Below, in pieces: positions 37,602 through 47,972 of a stretch of 64,000 bases of DNA (positions within the stretch are counted from its first letter, which is position 1; each line of letters begins with the position of its first letter). The DNA comes from an uncultured Thermoplasmata archaeon. GTDB lineage: Archaea; Thermoplasmatota; Thermoplasmata; RBG-16-68-12. The stretch is taken from NCBI GenBank assembly GCA_963768855.1, contig CAVYJM010000018.1, forward strand, positions 111,626-175,625. Reading direction: 5' to 3'. The notes under the pieces are model-generated. The model did no database searches, was not told the origin of the DNA, and saw nothing but the letters and a program-made list of their open reading frames with translations. The position numbers were made by a program, and so were the translations under genes.

Positions 37602-37997
37602 TCACAGCCCCCCGAACACGAGGAAGAGCACGCCGACGGACGCGGCCACGAAAATCACGATCATGAGCCCGAAGATCCGCGTCCACTCCGGCGCGCGGTA
37701 CGCGGACATCACGGCCTGGCTCTTGCCGATCAGGTAGAACCAGGTGAAGGCGTGGACCAGGACGAAGGCGAGGATCACCGCCTGGATCGCGAGCATGGCG
37801 GGAGTCTGGAGGAACGCGAGGTAGTCCTCGTACGAGGCCTGTCCCATGTCGAACGTGACCAAGAGGCCCAGGAGGAGAATCCCGTAGACCGCGGACAGGG
37901 AGCCGCCGACTTCCCGGAGCATGAACAGGAGGTAGTGCCCGTTCTGGGTCCACCATCCGCTCCGTCGCCTCCAGACCGCTTCGCGCACCTCGACCAT
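37602..37997 (-). CDS. frdC: Fumarate reductase subunit C
   Basis: WW...FMLRE and HAFTWF motifs; operonic. Confidence 0.8.
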   Translation of the reverse strand: MVEVREAVWRRRSGWWTQNGHYLLFMLREVGGSLSAVYGILLLGLLVTFDMGQASYEDYLAFLQTPAMLAIQAVILAFVLVHAFTWFYLIGKSQAVMSAYRAPEWTRIFGLMIVIFVAASVGVLFLVFGGL

Positions 37998-38001
37998 CCG
38001 C

Positions 38002-38757
38002 TCACCTCGACGCGAACTTCGGCATGAGCAGCTTGCGCATGTGGCGGATCGTCGCGAGGACCTTCAGGCTCTGGATCGCGCCCGCCGGGTCGACCTCCTT
38101 CGGGCACACGACGGAACACTCGCCGACGAACGTGCACTCCCAGATCCCGTGCGGGGTTGAGAGGAGGTCGAGGCGCTCGTCCGCTCCCTCGTCGCGCGTG
38201 TCGCGGATGTACCGCAGCGCGAGGGCCAGGGAGGCGGGCCCGACGAAGTGGTTGTCCCCCTGGAACACGGGGCACGCGGCGTAGCAGAGGGTGCAGTTGA
38301 TGCAGAGGCTCTGCTGGCGGTACGCCGCGAGCTCCTCGGGGAACTGGGTGTACTCGCCCTCCGAGAGAGGCCGCTGCTTCTCGCGGATGACCCACGGCTT
38401 CACGTAGAGGAAGTGCTCCATGAACGGGTCGAAGTCCGCGACGAGGTCCTTGATTGAGTTGAAGCCCGTGAGCGGGTCCACCTGGACGATGCCGCCGGGA
38501 CTCACGTCCCGGATGAACGTGCCGCACGTCAGGCGAGGCTTGCCATTCACGTCCATGCCGCAGGAGCCGCAGATCCCCATCCGGCAGGACCATCGGAAGG
38601 TCAGGCTCGGGTCGAGGTTGTCCTTGATGTAGTTCAGCCCGTCCAACACGACCTCGTCGCTGCGGTACGGGACGCGGAAGTCCTGGTAGTACGGGCCCTT
38701 CGTGCCCTGAGGCTGGTAGCGGCGGACTCGGAACACGACTTGGTTCTCGGCGGCCAT
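38002..38757 (-). CDS. frdB: Fumarate reductase/succinate dehydrogenase Fe-S subunit
   Basis: SCRMGICGSC, CINCTLCYAAC, CTFVGECSVVCP. Confidence 0.93.
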   Translation of the reverse strand: MAAENQVVFRVRRYQPQGTKGPYYQDFRVPYRSDEVVLDGLNYIKDNLDPSLTFRWSCRMGICGSCGMDVNGKPRLTCGTFIRDVSPGGIVQVDPLTGFNSIKDLVADFDPFMEHFLYVKPWVIREKQRPLSEGEYTQFPEELAAYRQQSLCINCTLCYAACPVFQGDNHFVGPASLALALRYIRDTRDEGADERLDLLSTPHGIWECTFVGECSVVCPKEVDPAGAIQSLKVLATIRHMRKLLMPKFASR

Positions 38758-38758
38758 A

Positions 38759-40468
38759 TCAATACTTCCTCTCGGCGGGCTGCCACTTTGTGATCTTGAC
38801 GGGGAGATAGTCGATCCGCGGCGCGCCGTCCGTGCGGTACGCCAGGGAGTGCTTCAGGTAGTTCGCATCGTCCCGGTTCGCATAGTCCGTCCGGCTGTGC
38901 GCCCCGCGAGACTCCCGCCGGTTCAGCGCGCTCCAAGCGATCGCCTGGGCCACGTCGAGCATGAAGTCGAGCTCGAGGGCCTGGGTGAGGTCCGTGTTGA
39001 AGACGCGGTCTTTGTCCGCGACGCTCACGTTCGCGAAGCGCTGACGCAGGGTCGCGAGCTTCGCGCAGGCGTCCGTCAGGCCCTTCTCGTCTCGGAAGAT
39101 GCCGACGTCCCGCTCCATGATCTGCTGCATCTCGCGCCGGATGCCCGAGAGGCTCTCGCTCCCCGTCTCCCGCTTCAGGAGGCCGCCGAAGATCCGCGCC
39201 TCCTCCTTCGCGAGCGCGTCCCGCGCGGCTCCCCCGCGCGGCCAGCCCGTCCGCTTGACGAACGCCGCGACGGCCATGCCCGCGGACTTCCCGAAGACGA
39301 GGCACTCGCTCAGGCTGTTCGACCCGAGCCGGTTCGCGCCGTTCATCGAGACGCAGGCCGTCTCGCCGACCGCGTAGAGGCCCTTCACCGGCGTTTCGCC
39401 GACGAGGTTCGTGGAGACGCCCCCCATGATGTAGTGCTGGCCCGGGCGGACCGGGATCGGCTCGTGGATCGGGTCCAGGCCGAGATACTTCTCCGCGAGC
39501 TCCCGGACCATCGGGAGGCGCTCGTCGATCGCCTGCTCCCCCAGGTGGCGGAGGTCCAGCCCCATGTAGTCGCCATGGGGCCCCTTGAAGCCGCGCCCCT
39601 CGCGGATCTCGATCATCTCGGAACGCGACAGGATGTCCCGCGGACCCAGCTCCATCTTGCTCGGGAGGTACCTCTTCATGAAGCGCTCCCCGTCCTTGTT
39701 GATGAGGGTGCCACCCTCGCCGCGCGCCGCCTCCGTGATCAGAATCCCGGTCCCCGGGAGGCAGGTCGGGTGGAACTGGACCATCTCCATGTCCTTGAGC
39801 GGCGCTCCGGCCCGGTACGCGAGGGCCATCCCGTCCCCAGTCTTGATGAAGCCGTTCGTCGTGAACTCGTACACGCGGCCGCAGCCGCCCGTCGCCAGCA
39901 CGACCGCTTTCGCATTGATGTAGCTCAGCTCGCCGCGGCGGATGTCTAGGGCCACGACGCCTGCTGCCGCGCCGTTCTCCTGGATCAGGTCCGTCACGAA
40001 CCACTCGTCGAACCGCACGATCTGCGGGTGCCGCATGGACTCCTGGAAGAGCGTGTGGAGGATGTGGAAGCCGACCTTGTCGGCGGCGAAGCACGTCCGC
40101 TTGACGGACATGCCGCCGAAGGCCCGTTGCTGGATCTTGCCGTCGTCGTCCCGCGACCAGGGGCAGCCCCAGTGGTCCAGCTGGACGATCTCGTCCGGGC
40201 ACTTGGCGACGAAGAACTCGACCGCGTCCTGGTCCGCGAGGTAGTCAGACCCCTTGATCGTGTCCAGCGCGTGCAGCTCGAAGTTGTCGTAGTCCCGCAT
40301 GACCGCCGCGGTCCCGCCCTCCGCGGAGACCGTGTGGCTCCGCATCGGGTACACCTTGGAGACGAGGCCGATGGTCAGTTTCGGGTCGGACTCTGCGGCG
40401 GCGATTGCGGCGCGCAGCCCCGCCGCTCCCCCGCCGACCACGACGATGTCGAAGGTGAGCTGGTCCAC
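38759..40468 (-). CDS. frdA: Fumarate reductase/succinate dehydrogenase flavoprotein
   Basis: GGGAAG, RSHTVSAEGG (covalent-FAD His), QFHPT, GANRLGSNSL, RRESRGAH. Confidence 0.95.
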   Translation of the reverse strand: MDQLTFDIVVVGGGAAGLRAAIAAAESDPKLTIGLVSKVYPMRSHTVSAEGGTAAVMRDYDNFELHALDTIKGSDYLADQDAVEFFVAKCPDEIVQLDHWGCPWSRDDDGKIQQRAFGGMSVKRTCFAADKVGFHILHTLFQESMRHPQIVRFDEWFVTDLIQENGAAAGVVALDIRRGELSYINAKAVVLATGGCGRVYEFTTNGFIKTGDGMALAYRAGAPLKDMEMVQFHPTCLPGTGILITEAARGEGGTLINKDGERFMKRYLPSKMELGPRDILSRSEMIEIREGRGFKGPHGDYMGLDLRHLGEQAIDERLPMVRELAEKYLGLDPIHEPIPVRPGQHYIMGGVSTNLVGETPVKGLYAVGETACVSMNGANRLGSNSLSECLVFGKSAGMAVAAFVKRTGWPRGGAARDALAKEEARIFGGLLKRETGSESLSGIRREMQQIMERDVGIFRDEKGLTDACAKLATLRQRFANVSVADKDRVFNTDLTQALELDFMLDVAQAIAWSALNRRESRGAHSRTDYANRDDANYLKHSLAYRTDGAPRIDYLPVKITKWQPAERKY

Positions 40469-40559
40469 GAGTTGTCCGGATTCACGACGGGGGCATAAGG
40501 CTTTGGCACGTATCCGCCGATTTCGCCGAACCGAAAAACGAATCGCGTCAGCGCGGGTC

Positions 40560-41552
40560 TCACGGGAGGAATTCAACGAGCAGGGAGCCGAATCTCGCGT
40601 CGGCGGAATACTGAACGCGAAGGGTGGTATCCTTCTGCGCGGTCAGCGTCCAGCCAAGCCAATACCCGTCCGCGGGGCTCCACTGAAACTCGGAGCTGAG
40701 CGACACGGAGACGTTGCCGGCAGTTCCTGCGTCCAAGGCGATCGGAGGAAGGAGGTTGCGGAAGGGACCGGCGGTCACCAGGGCCACGCTGACGTCGGCG
40801 AGTTCCCCCAGAGTGGAGCCTTTGGAGAGGTTCTCCTCCCGGACGCCACCCATGGACAGCAGATTGGCGCCGCTCGGGAGGGATGTGTTCGCGGAGGGCA
40901 GCGAATCGCCGTAGGCTCCCCATCCGAAGAGGGAGTAGTTAACCTGGATCCACCTCTCCTCGACGGACGCGACCGTGGCCGCCACGCGGGAAATCGTGTA
41001 GTTCATGAGCCACCGCTCGTGGTAGACCATGTTGATCCCGGGCCCTTGCGAACCGACCGCCCACGAATGGCGGGCTCCGGACTCGGAGCAGTTCCCGGCC
41101 GGCATCGCCAGGAATGTGTTGGGGCCTCCTTCCCGGAAGGCGGTCGCAGCGGATGGCCCAATGGTAGGGGCGAGGACGAAGCGGACGGGATCGGTCGGCC
41201 CCGTGACATTGGCCCAGCGGAGGATGAATGTCGAGTTCGGTTCGGCGGTCGCGGACGAGACCGACCAGGACATGTTCGCCTCGAAGCCTTTGTTCTGTGG
41301 CGCAGACGGCGTGTAGAACGTCATCAGAGGGACGTCAAGCCACGTCGAACCGTTCGCGAGGAGTTCCAGGACATGAGGCGGGATGTGGACAGGGGGGGCC
41401 GTTGGAGGCGAGACATACAAGATGTATCCCGCGATTGCAGCAACTACCAACACCGCGGCAACGGCTAGGGCCCCCAGCCACAATCCGCGGCGCAATCTCG
41501 CAGGGGGCTTCATCGGAGTAACATCGCCAGACGCGGGCGGCGACATGAGCAT
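40560..41552 (-). CDS. Membrane-anchored exported hypothetical protein
   Basis: Single N-terminal TM, many NxS/T sequons, weaker GC3 bias. Confidence 0.55.
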   Translation of the reverse strand: MLMSPPASGDVTPMKPPARLRRGLWLGALAVAAVLVVAAIAGYILYVSPPTAPPVHIPPHVLELLANGSTWLDVPLMTFYTPSAPQNKGFEANMSWSVSSATAEPNSTFILRWANVTGPTDPVRFVLAPTIGPSAATAFREGGPNTFLAMPAGNCSESGARHSWAVGSQGPGINMVYHERWLMNYTISRVAATVASVEERWIQVNYSLFGWGAYGDSLPSANTSLPSGANLLSMGGVREENLSKGSTLGELADVSVALVTAGPFRNLLPPIALDAGTAGNVSVSLSSEFQWSPADGYWLGWTLTAQKDTTLRVQYSADARFGSLLVEFLP

Positions 41553-41711
41553 CCCTCGCCCCTCCCCATCGCTCGGAGCGACCCAAATACCTTGCTATGT
41601 ACTGTCGACGCAATCAGGGAGCCGCTGCGCAACTTCCATCTCCCGTCAGGCGGAAGATGCATCCAAGTCGGGCGAGGAACCCTCAAGTACCCACTCGGCA
41701 TCGAAGGCGTA

Positions 41712-42590
41712 ATGAGCGTCATCGAGGTGGCGGGACTCGGGAAGACCTACCCAGGCGGGACGGAGGCCCTCCGGGACGTGTCCTTCGAGGTCCAGAAGGG
41801 AGAGGTCTTCTGCCTCCTCGGGCGGAACGGGGCGGGCAAGACGACGCTCCTGCGAATCCTCGCGACGCAGCTCCGGCCGACGACGGGCCGTGTCACGGTC
41901 CTGGGCCACGATGTCGTCAAGGAAGCCAAGGCCGTCCGCGAGCGGATCTCGGTCGTCCCCCAGGAAGCCCGCCCGCAGATGATGCTCTCCGCGTACGACC
42001 ACATCTACCTTATGTGCCGGATCCGCGGAACGCCGCGGGCGGAGGCGAAGCAGCGGACGAGGGCCATCATGGAGGAGTTCGATCTCTGGGAGCACAAGGA
42101 CAAGCTCACCGCGGACCTCAGCGGTGGCCTGCGGCAGCGGGTCATGATCTCGATCGCGCTGACGATCGACGCGGAGCTCCTGTTCTTGGACGAGCCCACG
42201 ATCGGCCTCGACCCCCTCGGCCGGAGGCAGGTGTGGGCCCTGATCCGCCGCCTCACGAAGGAAGGCGTCACCGTGCTGCTCACGACGCACTACATGGACG
42301 AGGCGGAGAAGCTCTCGGACCGGCTCGCCATCGTGGACAAGGGGCGGACCGTCTACCTCGGAGGCGTCGAGGAGGCGAAGGCCCGCGAGGGCCACGGGAT
42401 GCAGGTCATCATCGAATCCCTGAACGACGGAGGGGAGCGGCAGGTGCTGAACCCCACGTCGGACCAGGAGATCGTCCAGATCGTCCAGCGAGGCATCCAG
42501 GAGGGCCGCAGGGTGACGTTCAAGCCGCCGACCCTGGAGGACGCGTTCATCGCGATGGTGGGAGGTGGGATCGATGATGAGAACTCGTGA
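41712..42590 (+). CDS. ABC-2 type transporter ATP-binding protein
   Basis: GRNGAGKTT, LSGG, LFLDEPT, TTHY. Confidence 0.93.
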   Translation: MSVIEVAGLGKTYPGGTEALRDVSFEVQKGEVFCLLGRNGAGKTTLLRILATQLRPTTGRVTVLGHDVVKEAKAVRERISVVPQEARPQMMLSAYDHIYLMCRIRGTPRAEAKQRTRAIMEEFDLWEHKDKLTADLSGGLRQRVMISIALTIDAELLFLDEPTIGLDPLGRRQVWALIRRLTKEGVTVLLTTHYMDEAEKLSDRLAIVDKGRTVYLGGVEEAKAREGHGMQVIIESLNDGGERQVLNPTSDQEIVQIVQRGIQEGRRVTFKPPTLEDAFIAMVGGGIDDENS

Positions 42591-43311
42591 AGCCCTCTAC
42601 ATTGGCCTCTTCGACTCCCTCCCGCTTCTGCGGGACCCGATGCTCATGATCCTCCTCAGCCTCATCTCCTTCCTTCCCGTCCTCTTCATCTTCGCGTTCG
42701 GAGTCGGAGGGACCGCCCTCTTGCAATCCGTCGTGGGGGCCATCGTCCTCAGCCTCGCGTTCGCCGGCATCGGAAGCGCGCAGTCCGTCTACTTCAACAA
42801 GCACTGGTTCCGGTTCCAGGACATCTTCGTGGCTTCCAGGGTCTCTCCGATCTCCTATGCCCTCGGCCTCAGCGTGAGCACGCTCCTCGTCTCGATGCCC
42901 GCCCTCGTCGTGGCGCTCGTGGTCCTCCTGCTCGGAACGTCCATGGGCATCCTCGGGCTGCTCGCCCTCCTGGCGGTCTGCGCGATCACGTGGATGGCGA
43001 TGCTCCTCATGGGCTTCGCCCTCGGCGCGTCCACGAAGAACACCCGGCGCGCGAACTCCCTGCCGCAGCTCCTCGGCCTGCTGCTCGGGTTCCTGCCCCC
43101 GGTCTACTACCCGCTCAGCCAGCTGCCCTCGTACCTCCAGCCCTTCGCGCTCCTCATCCCGACGACCCACGCGGCCCAGCTCGCGAAGTACTACGCGGGC
43201 CTCATCCCGCTCAGCTCGTTCGACATCGGGCTCAGCTGGGCCTACCTGATCGGCTTCGTAATCCTCCTGGTCATCATCGCCTCGAAACGAGCCCACTGGA
43301 CCGACCCGTGA
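42565..43311 (+). CDS. ABC-2 type permease
   Basis: About 6 TM; PPVYYPLSQLP...LIPTTHA motif. Confidence 0.85.
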   Translation: MGSMMRTREALYIGLFDSLPLLRDPMLMILLSLISFLPVLFIFAFGVGGTALLQSVVGAIVLSLAFAGIGSAQSVYFNKHWFRFQDIFVASRVSPISYALGLSVSTLLVSMPALVVALVVLLLGTSMGILGLLALLAVCAITWMAMLLMGFALGASTKNTRRANSLPQLLGLLLGFLPPVYYPLSQLPSYLQPFALLIPTTHAAQLAKYYAGLIPLSSFDIGLSWAYLIGFVILLVIIASKRAHWTDP

Positions 43312-43357
43312 GGCGGCGGGACAAAAGGTAAACGTGGCCCGTCCCCATCGCCTGGGC

Positions 43358-43810
43358 ATGAAGGTCAGCTTCGTGTACACGGGAGTCCGCGTGAGGGACA
43401 TGGACCGCGCGGTTGATTTCTTCACCCGCGTGCTCGGGATGAAGCTCGAAGGTCGAGTCAGGGTGCGGTGGACGAAGGGGGAGTTCGCGAACCTCCTAAG
43501 CGGGGACGGAAAGCACTGGTTGGAGCTGAACTGGTACGCGGACGACAGTCCCGTGGCGGGACCCTACCGAGAAGGCGACGAGCTGGACCACCTGGGGTTC
43601 GAGGTCGAGGACCTCAACGCCGCCCTGGAGCGGCTGAAGGAGGAAGGGTACACACCCAAGCACGGCCCGTTCCATGGAGGCGGCTGGCATGTGGCCTTCG
43701 TGCCCGTGGTCGACGGCCTGTGGCTGGACGTGTTCCACCGCGGCCCGGCGAAGCCAGAGAAGAAGGCGAAGCCCAAGGCGAAGCGCGCGAGGCACGCGAA
43801 GCGGCGCTGA
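43358..43810 (+). CDS. VOC/glyoxalase family protein
   Basis: YTGVRVRDMDRAVDFF, LELNWY, DHLGFEVED. Confidence 0.85.
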   Translation: MKVSFVYTGVRVRDMDRAVDFFTRVLGMKLEGRVRVRWTKGEFANLLSGDGKHWLELNWYADDSPVAGPYREGDELDHLGFEVEDLNAALERLKEEGYTPKHGPFHGGGWHVAFVPVVDGLWLDVFHRGPAKPEKKAKPKAKRARHAKRR

Positions 43811-43819
43811 ACGAGCCGC

Positions 43820-45754
43820 TCAGCTCTTCGCCGTCGGCGTCGGGCGCTCGAATCGCACCCGCAGCTGGTAGTTCCCCGCGGACGCGATCGTCTCGACGGG
43901 GAAACCAAGCTTGTGGAGCACCTTCATCGCGGCCGGGTTGTCCGGTAGGATTTCGGCCTCGAATCCCGCGATGCCGTTTTCGCGCGCGATCCGTGCGAGG
44001 TATTTCACCAGGTATGACCCAATCCCGCGCTTCTGGTAGTCGTCCCGCACGAGGTACGAGACCTCGGCGATGTTCGTGGCTCGGTTCAGGTAGTACCGCC
44101 CGATGCAGATGATCTCCTCGCGCTCCGGCTTGTCCGGGTCCTGCACGATGCCGACGATCCCCATCTCGTTCGTGTAGTCGATGTGGACGAAGTGGACGAG
44201 ATCGCGGTGGGGCATCGACTTCAGGGAGCGGAAGAACCGGTGGTAGATCGTCTGCTCGGAGAGGCGGTAGAAGAGGTCCTTCATCATCTCCTCGTCCGTC
44301 ATCTTGATCGGGCGGAAGAAGAGGCGCGTGCCGTCCTCGAAGGTGTGGCTCATCTCCCAGCGCTCCGGGTAGACCATGCCAATCTCCGAGATCTCCGGGA
44401 CGTCGTCCGCGATGTACTTGAAGCGCTTCGCCTCGCGGATGAGCTCGGGCCGGAACTTCGGGTGGGCGATCGAGATGAGGGCGAGGGCACGCTCCTGGAT
44501 CGTGCGGCCGTGGAGGTAGGCGACGCCCCATTCCGTGACGACGTAGTGCACGTCGCCGCGGCTCGTGACGACGCCGGCACCGGGCTTGAGCTGCGCGGCG
44601 ATCCGCGAGACGGAGCCGTCCGCCGCGGTGGAAGGCAGCGCGATGATCGGCTTCCCTCCCTTGGACCGGGCGGCGCCGCGGACGAAGTCCACCTGCCCGC
44701 CGATCCCGGAGTAGAAGTAGGCGCCGAGGCTGTCCGCGCAGACCTGGCCCGTGAGGTCCACCTCGAGCGCGCTGTTGATTGACACCATCCGGTCGTTCTG
44801 CGCGATGACGAACGGATCGTTCGTGTACGAGACGGGGTGGAACTCGATGAACGGGTTGTTGTCCACGAACTCGTAGAGCTTTTTGGAACCCATGCAGAAG
44901 GCCGCGATGATCTTCCCGCGGTGCAGGGACTTCTTCATGTTCGTGATGACGCCGAGCTCGACGAGGTGCATCATGCCGTCGGAGAACATCTCCGTGTGGA
45001 TCCCGAGGTCCTTCTTGTCCCGCAGGTAGTACAGGACGCTGTCCGGGATCGTCCCGATGCCCATCTGGAGCGTCGAGCCGTCCTCGATCAGGGTCGCGAT
45101 GTACTTCCCGATGTTGCGGGCGGTCTCGTCCGCGACGCCCACCTGAGTCTCGAGGATCGGATAGTCCACGGGAACGAGGAAGTCGATGTCGTCCACGTGG
45201 AGGAAGGAGTCACCGAGGGTACGCGGCATCTGTGTGTTGACCTCCGCGATGACGAGGTTGGCCGCTTCCGTCGCGGGCTTGACGACGTCCGTGCTCACGC
45301 CGTACGAGCAGTATCCGTGCCGGTCCGGCGGGCTCACCTGGATCAGCGCGACATCGATCGGCACGCGGCCGGTCTCGAAGAGCCGCGGGATCTCACCGAG
45401 GAAGATGGGGGTGTAGTCTGCGCGGCCCTGGGCGACCGCCTCCCGAACGTTCGGGCCGATGAAGAGCGCGTTGTGCCGGAAGTTGTCGCCCCACTTCGGC
45501 TCCGCGTAGGGCGCGATGCCGAGGGTCATGATGTGGACGATCTCCGTCCCGAACACGGCGTTCGCGCGACGGACGAGCGCCTCGACGAGCTTCTGCGGTT
45601 CCGCGGCGCCCGAACCGATGAAGATGTGGTCTCCGCTCTGGATCGCGCCGACGGCCTCGTCCGCGGATCGGACCTTCTCCTCGTACACCTGCTGCCAGTC
45701 CGGTGCGGAGGTCGAATCGGGTCTCTGCGTCGGGATCACCTTCAGGGCTCGCAC
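43820..45754 (-). CDS. Acetyl-CoA hydrolase/CoA-transferase fused to a C-terminal GNAT acetyltransferase
   Basis: LQMGIG, HTEMFSDG, GIGGQVDFVRGA; GNAT motif VRDDYQKRGIGS. Confidence 0.88.
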   Translation of the reverse strand: MRALKVIPTQRPDSTSAPDWQQVYEEKVRSADEAVGAIQSGDHIFIGSGAAEPQKLVEALVRRANAVFGTEIVHIMTLGIAPYAEPKWGDNFRHNALFIGPNVREAVAQGRADYTPIFLGEIPRLFETGRVPIDVALIQVSPPDRHGYCSYGVSTDVVKPATEAANLVIAEVNTQMPRTLGDSFLHVDDIDFLVPVDYPILETQVGVADETARNIGKYIATLIEDGSTLQMGIGTIPDSVLYYLRDKKDLGIHTEMFSDGMMHLVELGVITNMKKSLHRGKIIAAFCMGSKKLYEFVDNNPFIEFHPVSYTNDPFVIAQNDRMVSINSALEVDLTGQVCADSLGAYFYSGIGGQVDFVRGAARSKGGKPIIALPSTAADGSVSRIAAQLKPGAGVVTSRGDVHYVVTEWGVAYLHGRTIQERALALISIAHPKFRPELIREAKRFKYIADDVPEISEIGMVYPERWEMSHTFEDGTRLFFRPIKMTDEEMMKDLFYRLSEQTIYHRFFRSLKSMPHRDLVHFVHIDYTNEMGIVGIVQDPDKPEREEIICIGRYYLNRATNIAEVSYLVRDDYQKRGIGSYLVKYLARIARENGIAGFEAEILPDNPAAMKVLHKLGFPVETIASAGNYQLRVRFERPTPTAKS

Positions 45755-45772
45755 GGCTTCCGGAGGACACTT

Positions 45773-47734
45773 CTACGGAGCCTTGCCCTCCACAGCCGCC
45801 AGCCACTTGCGTACTTCCTCGACCGCGCCCGGGTCCTCCAGCGTCGTCGTGTCGCCGATCTCCTGTCCGCTCACGAGGGCGCGGATCACGCGGCGCATGA
45901 TCTTCCCGCTGCGGGTCTTCGGGAGCTTGTCCGTGATGTAGATCGCTTCCGGGGCGGCGATGGGCCCGATCTCCTGCCGAACGTGCCTCTTGAGCTCCGC
46001 CTTGAGCTCCTCGGAACGGACCTCGTTGCCCTTGAGGACGACGTAGGCCACGAGGACCTGCCCCTTGAGCTGGTCCGGCTTCCCGACGACCGCGGCCTCC
46101 GCGACCTTGGGATGGCTCACGAGGGCGGACTCGACCTCCATCGTCCCGATCCGGTGGCCGGCCAGGTTGATCACGTCGTCGATGCGGCCCATGAGCCAGA
46201 AGAATCCGTCCGCGTCGAGCCGGCACCCGTCCCCCGTGAAGTACTTGCCCTTGATCTGGGACCAGTACGTCGCCTTGTACCGCTCGGGGTCCTTGTAGAT
46301 CGTCATGAGCATCGCGGGCCAGGGCTTCGTGATCACGAGATACCCCCCGTGGTTCGTGGTCGCGACCTTGCCGGTCTCGTCCACGACCTCGGCGAAGACG
46401 CCGGGGTACGGCCTCACCGCGGACCCGGGCTTCAGCGTGCTGATCCCGGGGAGCGGCGTGATCAGGATCATCCCCGTCTCCGTCTGCCACCAGGTGTCCA
46501 CGACGGGACAGCGGCTGTTCCCGATCGTCTTGTAGTACCACCGCCACGCCTCGGGGTTGATCGGCTCACCGACGGAGCCGAGGAGACGCAGGGACGACAG
46601 GTCGTGCATCCGGGGCCACTCCTCGCCCCACCGCATGCATGCGCGGATCGCGGTCGGGGCCGTGTACATGATCGTGATCCCGTACTCCTCGACGAGCTGC
46701 CACCAGCGGTCCTGCTTCGGGAAGTCCGGGGCGCCCTCGTACATGAAGGACGTCGCGCCGATGGCCAAGGGCCCGTACACGATGTACGAGTGTCCGGTGA
46801 CCCAGCCGATGTCGGCCGTGCACCAGTAGAAGTCGTCCTCGTGCATGTCGAAGATGAGGCGCTGCGTCGAGGCGACGCCGACCAGATAACCGCCCGTGGA
46901 ATGCACGATCCCCTTGGGCTTGCCCGTCGTCCCCGAGGTGTACAGGATGAAGAGCGGGTCCGTGGCGTCCAGGGGCTCGGGCGGGTACCAGGACTCCGCC
47001 TTCGCCATCGCGTCGTGCCACCAGAGGTCGCGGCCCTCCTTCATCGCGCAGTCGCCCGACGCGCGCTTGAAGACGACGACGTGCTTCACGATCGGCAGGT
47101 CCGCAATCCCCTCATCGACCGCCTTCTTGAGGGCCACCAAGCCGCCGCGACGATAGCCGTAGTCCGTCGTGACGACGACGCGCGAATCGGCGTCCACGAC
47201 GCGGTCGTGAACCGCCTTGGAGCTGAAGCCACCGAAGATGACGCTGTGGATCGCGCCGATGCGGGCGCACGCGAGCATCGCGATCGGCAGCTCGGGGATC
47301 ATGGGCATATAGATCGTGACCCGGTCCCCGCGCTTCACGCCAAGGCCCTTCAGGACGTTCGAGAACTTGTTGACCTCTCGCCAGAGCTGATAGTAGGTGA
47401 AGATCTTCTTGTCGCCCGGCTCGCCCTCCCACACGATCGCGGCCTTGTTGCGCCGCCCGTCGTGCAGGTGACGGTCTAGGCAGTTCTCGGAGACGTTGAT
47501 CTTCCCGCCCACAAACCACTTCGCGAAGGGGGTCTCCCACTCGAGGACCTTGTCCCACTTCTTGACCCAGTGGAGGGACTCCGCCTCGCGGGCCCAGAAC
47601 TTCTCGAAGTCCTTGTCGGCTTCGCGGTAAATCGAGTCATCCTTCACGAGCGCCTGCTCGGTGAACTCCTTCGGCGGGACGTACTTCTCGCCTTCCTTGA
47701 GCAGGCTGTCGATCGTTGCACTGGACACGACCAT
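45773..47734 (-). CDS. acs: Acetyl-CoA synthetase (AMP-forming)
   Basis: YTSGTTGKPKG, VDTWWQTETG, GRIDD, PKTRSGKIMRR. Confidence 0.96.
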   Translation of the reverse strand: MVVSSATIDSLLKEGEKYVPPKEFTEQALVKDDSIYREADKDFEKFWAREAESLHWVKKWDKVLEWETPFAKWFVGGKINVSENCLDRHLHDGRRNKAAIVWEGEPGDKKIFTYYQLWREVNKFSNVLKGLGVKRGDRVTIYMPMIPELPIAMLACARIGAIHSVIFGGFSSKAVHDRVVDADSRVVVTTDYGYRRGGLVALKKAVDEGIADLPIVKHVVVFKRASGDCAMKEGRDLWWHDAMAKAESWYPPEPLDATDPLFILYTSGTTGKPKGIVHSTGGYLVGVASTQRLIFDMHEDDFYWCTADIGWVTGHSYIVYGPLAIGATSFMYEGAPDFPKQDRWWQLVEEYGITIMYTAPTAIRACMRWGEEWPRMHDLSSLRLLGSVGEPINPEAWRWYYKTIGNSRCPVVDTWWQTETGMILITPLPGISTLKPGSAVRPYPGVFAEVVDETGKVATTNHGGYLVITKPWPAMLMTIYKDPERYKATYWSQIKGKYFTGDGCRLDADGFFWLMGRIDDVINLAGHRIGTMEVESALVSHPKVAEAAVVGKPDQLKGQVLVAYVVLKGNEVRSEELKAELKRHVRQEIGPIAAPEAIYITDKLPKTRSGKIMRRVIRALVSGQEIGDTTTLEDPGAVEEVRKWLAAVEGKAP

Positions 47735-47972
47735 GTTGTCACGTACCCCGGTATAGAACGAATCGACGGCGTTCTCCCTTTTATAAGGGCTAGTCAAGCA
47801 CAATCCTTAGAAGGTATATAGCGTGAGCGCATTTGGCCGTCCGCAAGGTCTCGGCGCGCACGCTCCCCGTCCCCGTACGGTATGTTCCATAGCTCTTTGC
47901 GTCTAGGAAGCTCACCGGGCGGAGAAGTCCACAGGAGATACGGTGGACCGAAATGGACGGAGGTAGAGGAAA

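Noticed and set aside
44837-47479. 880-aa plus-strand ORF opposite acs
   Set aside because: Antisense shadow of acs and the CoA-transferase gene
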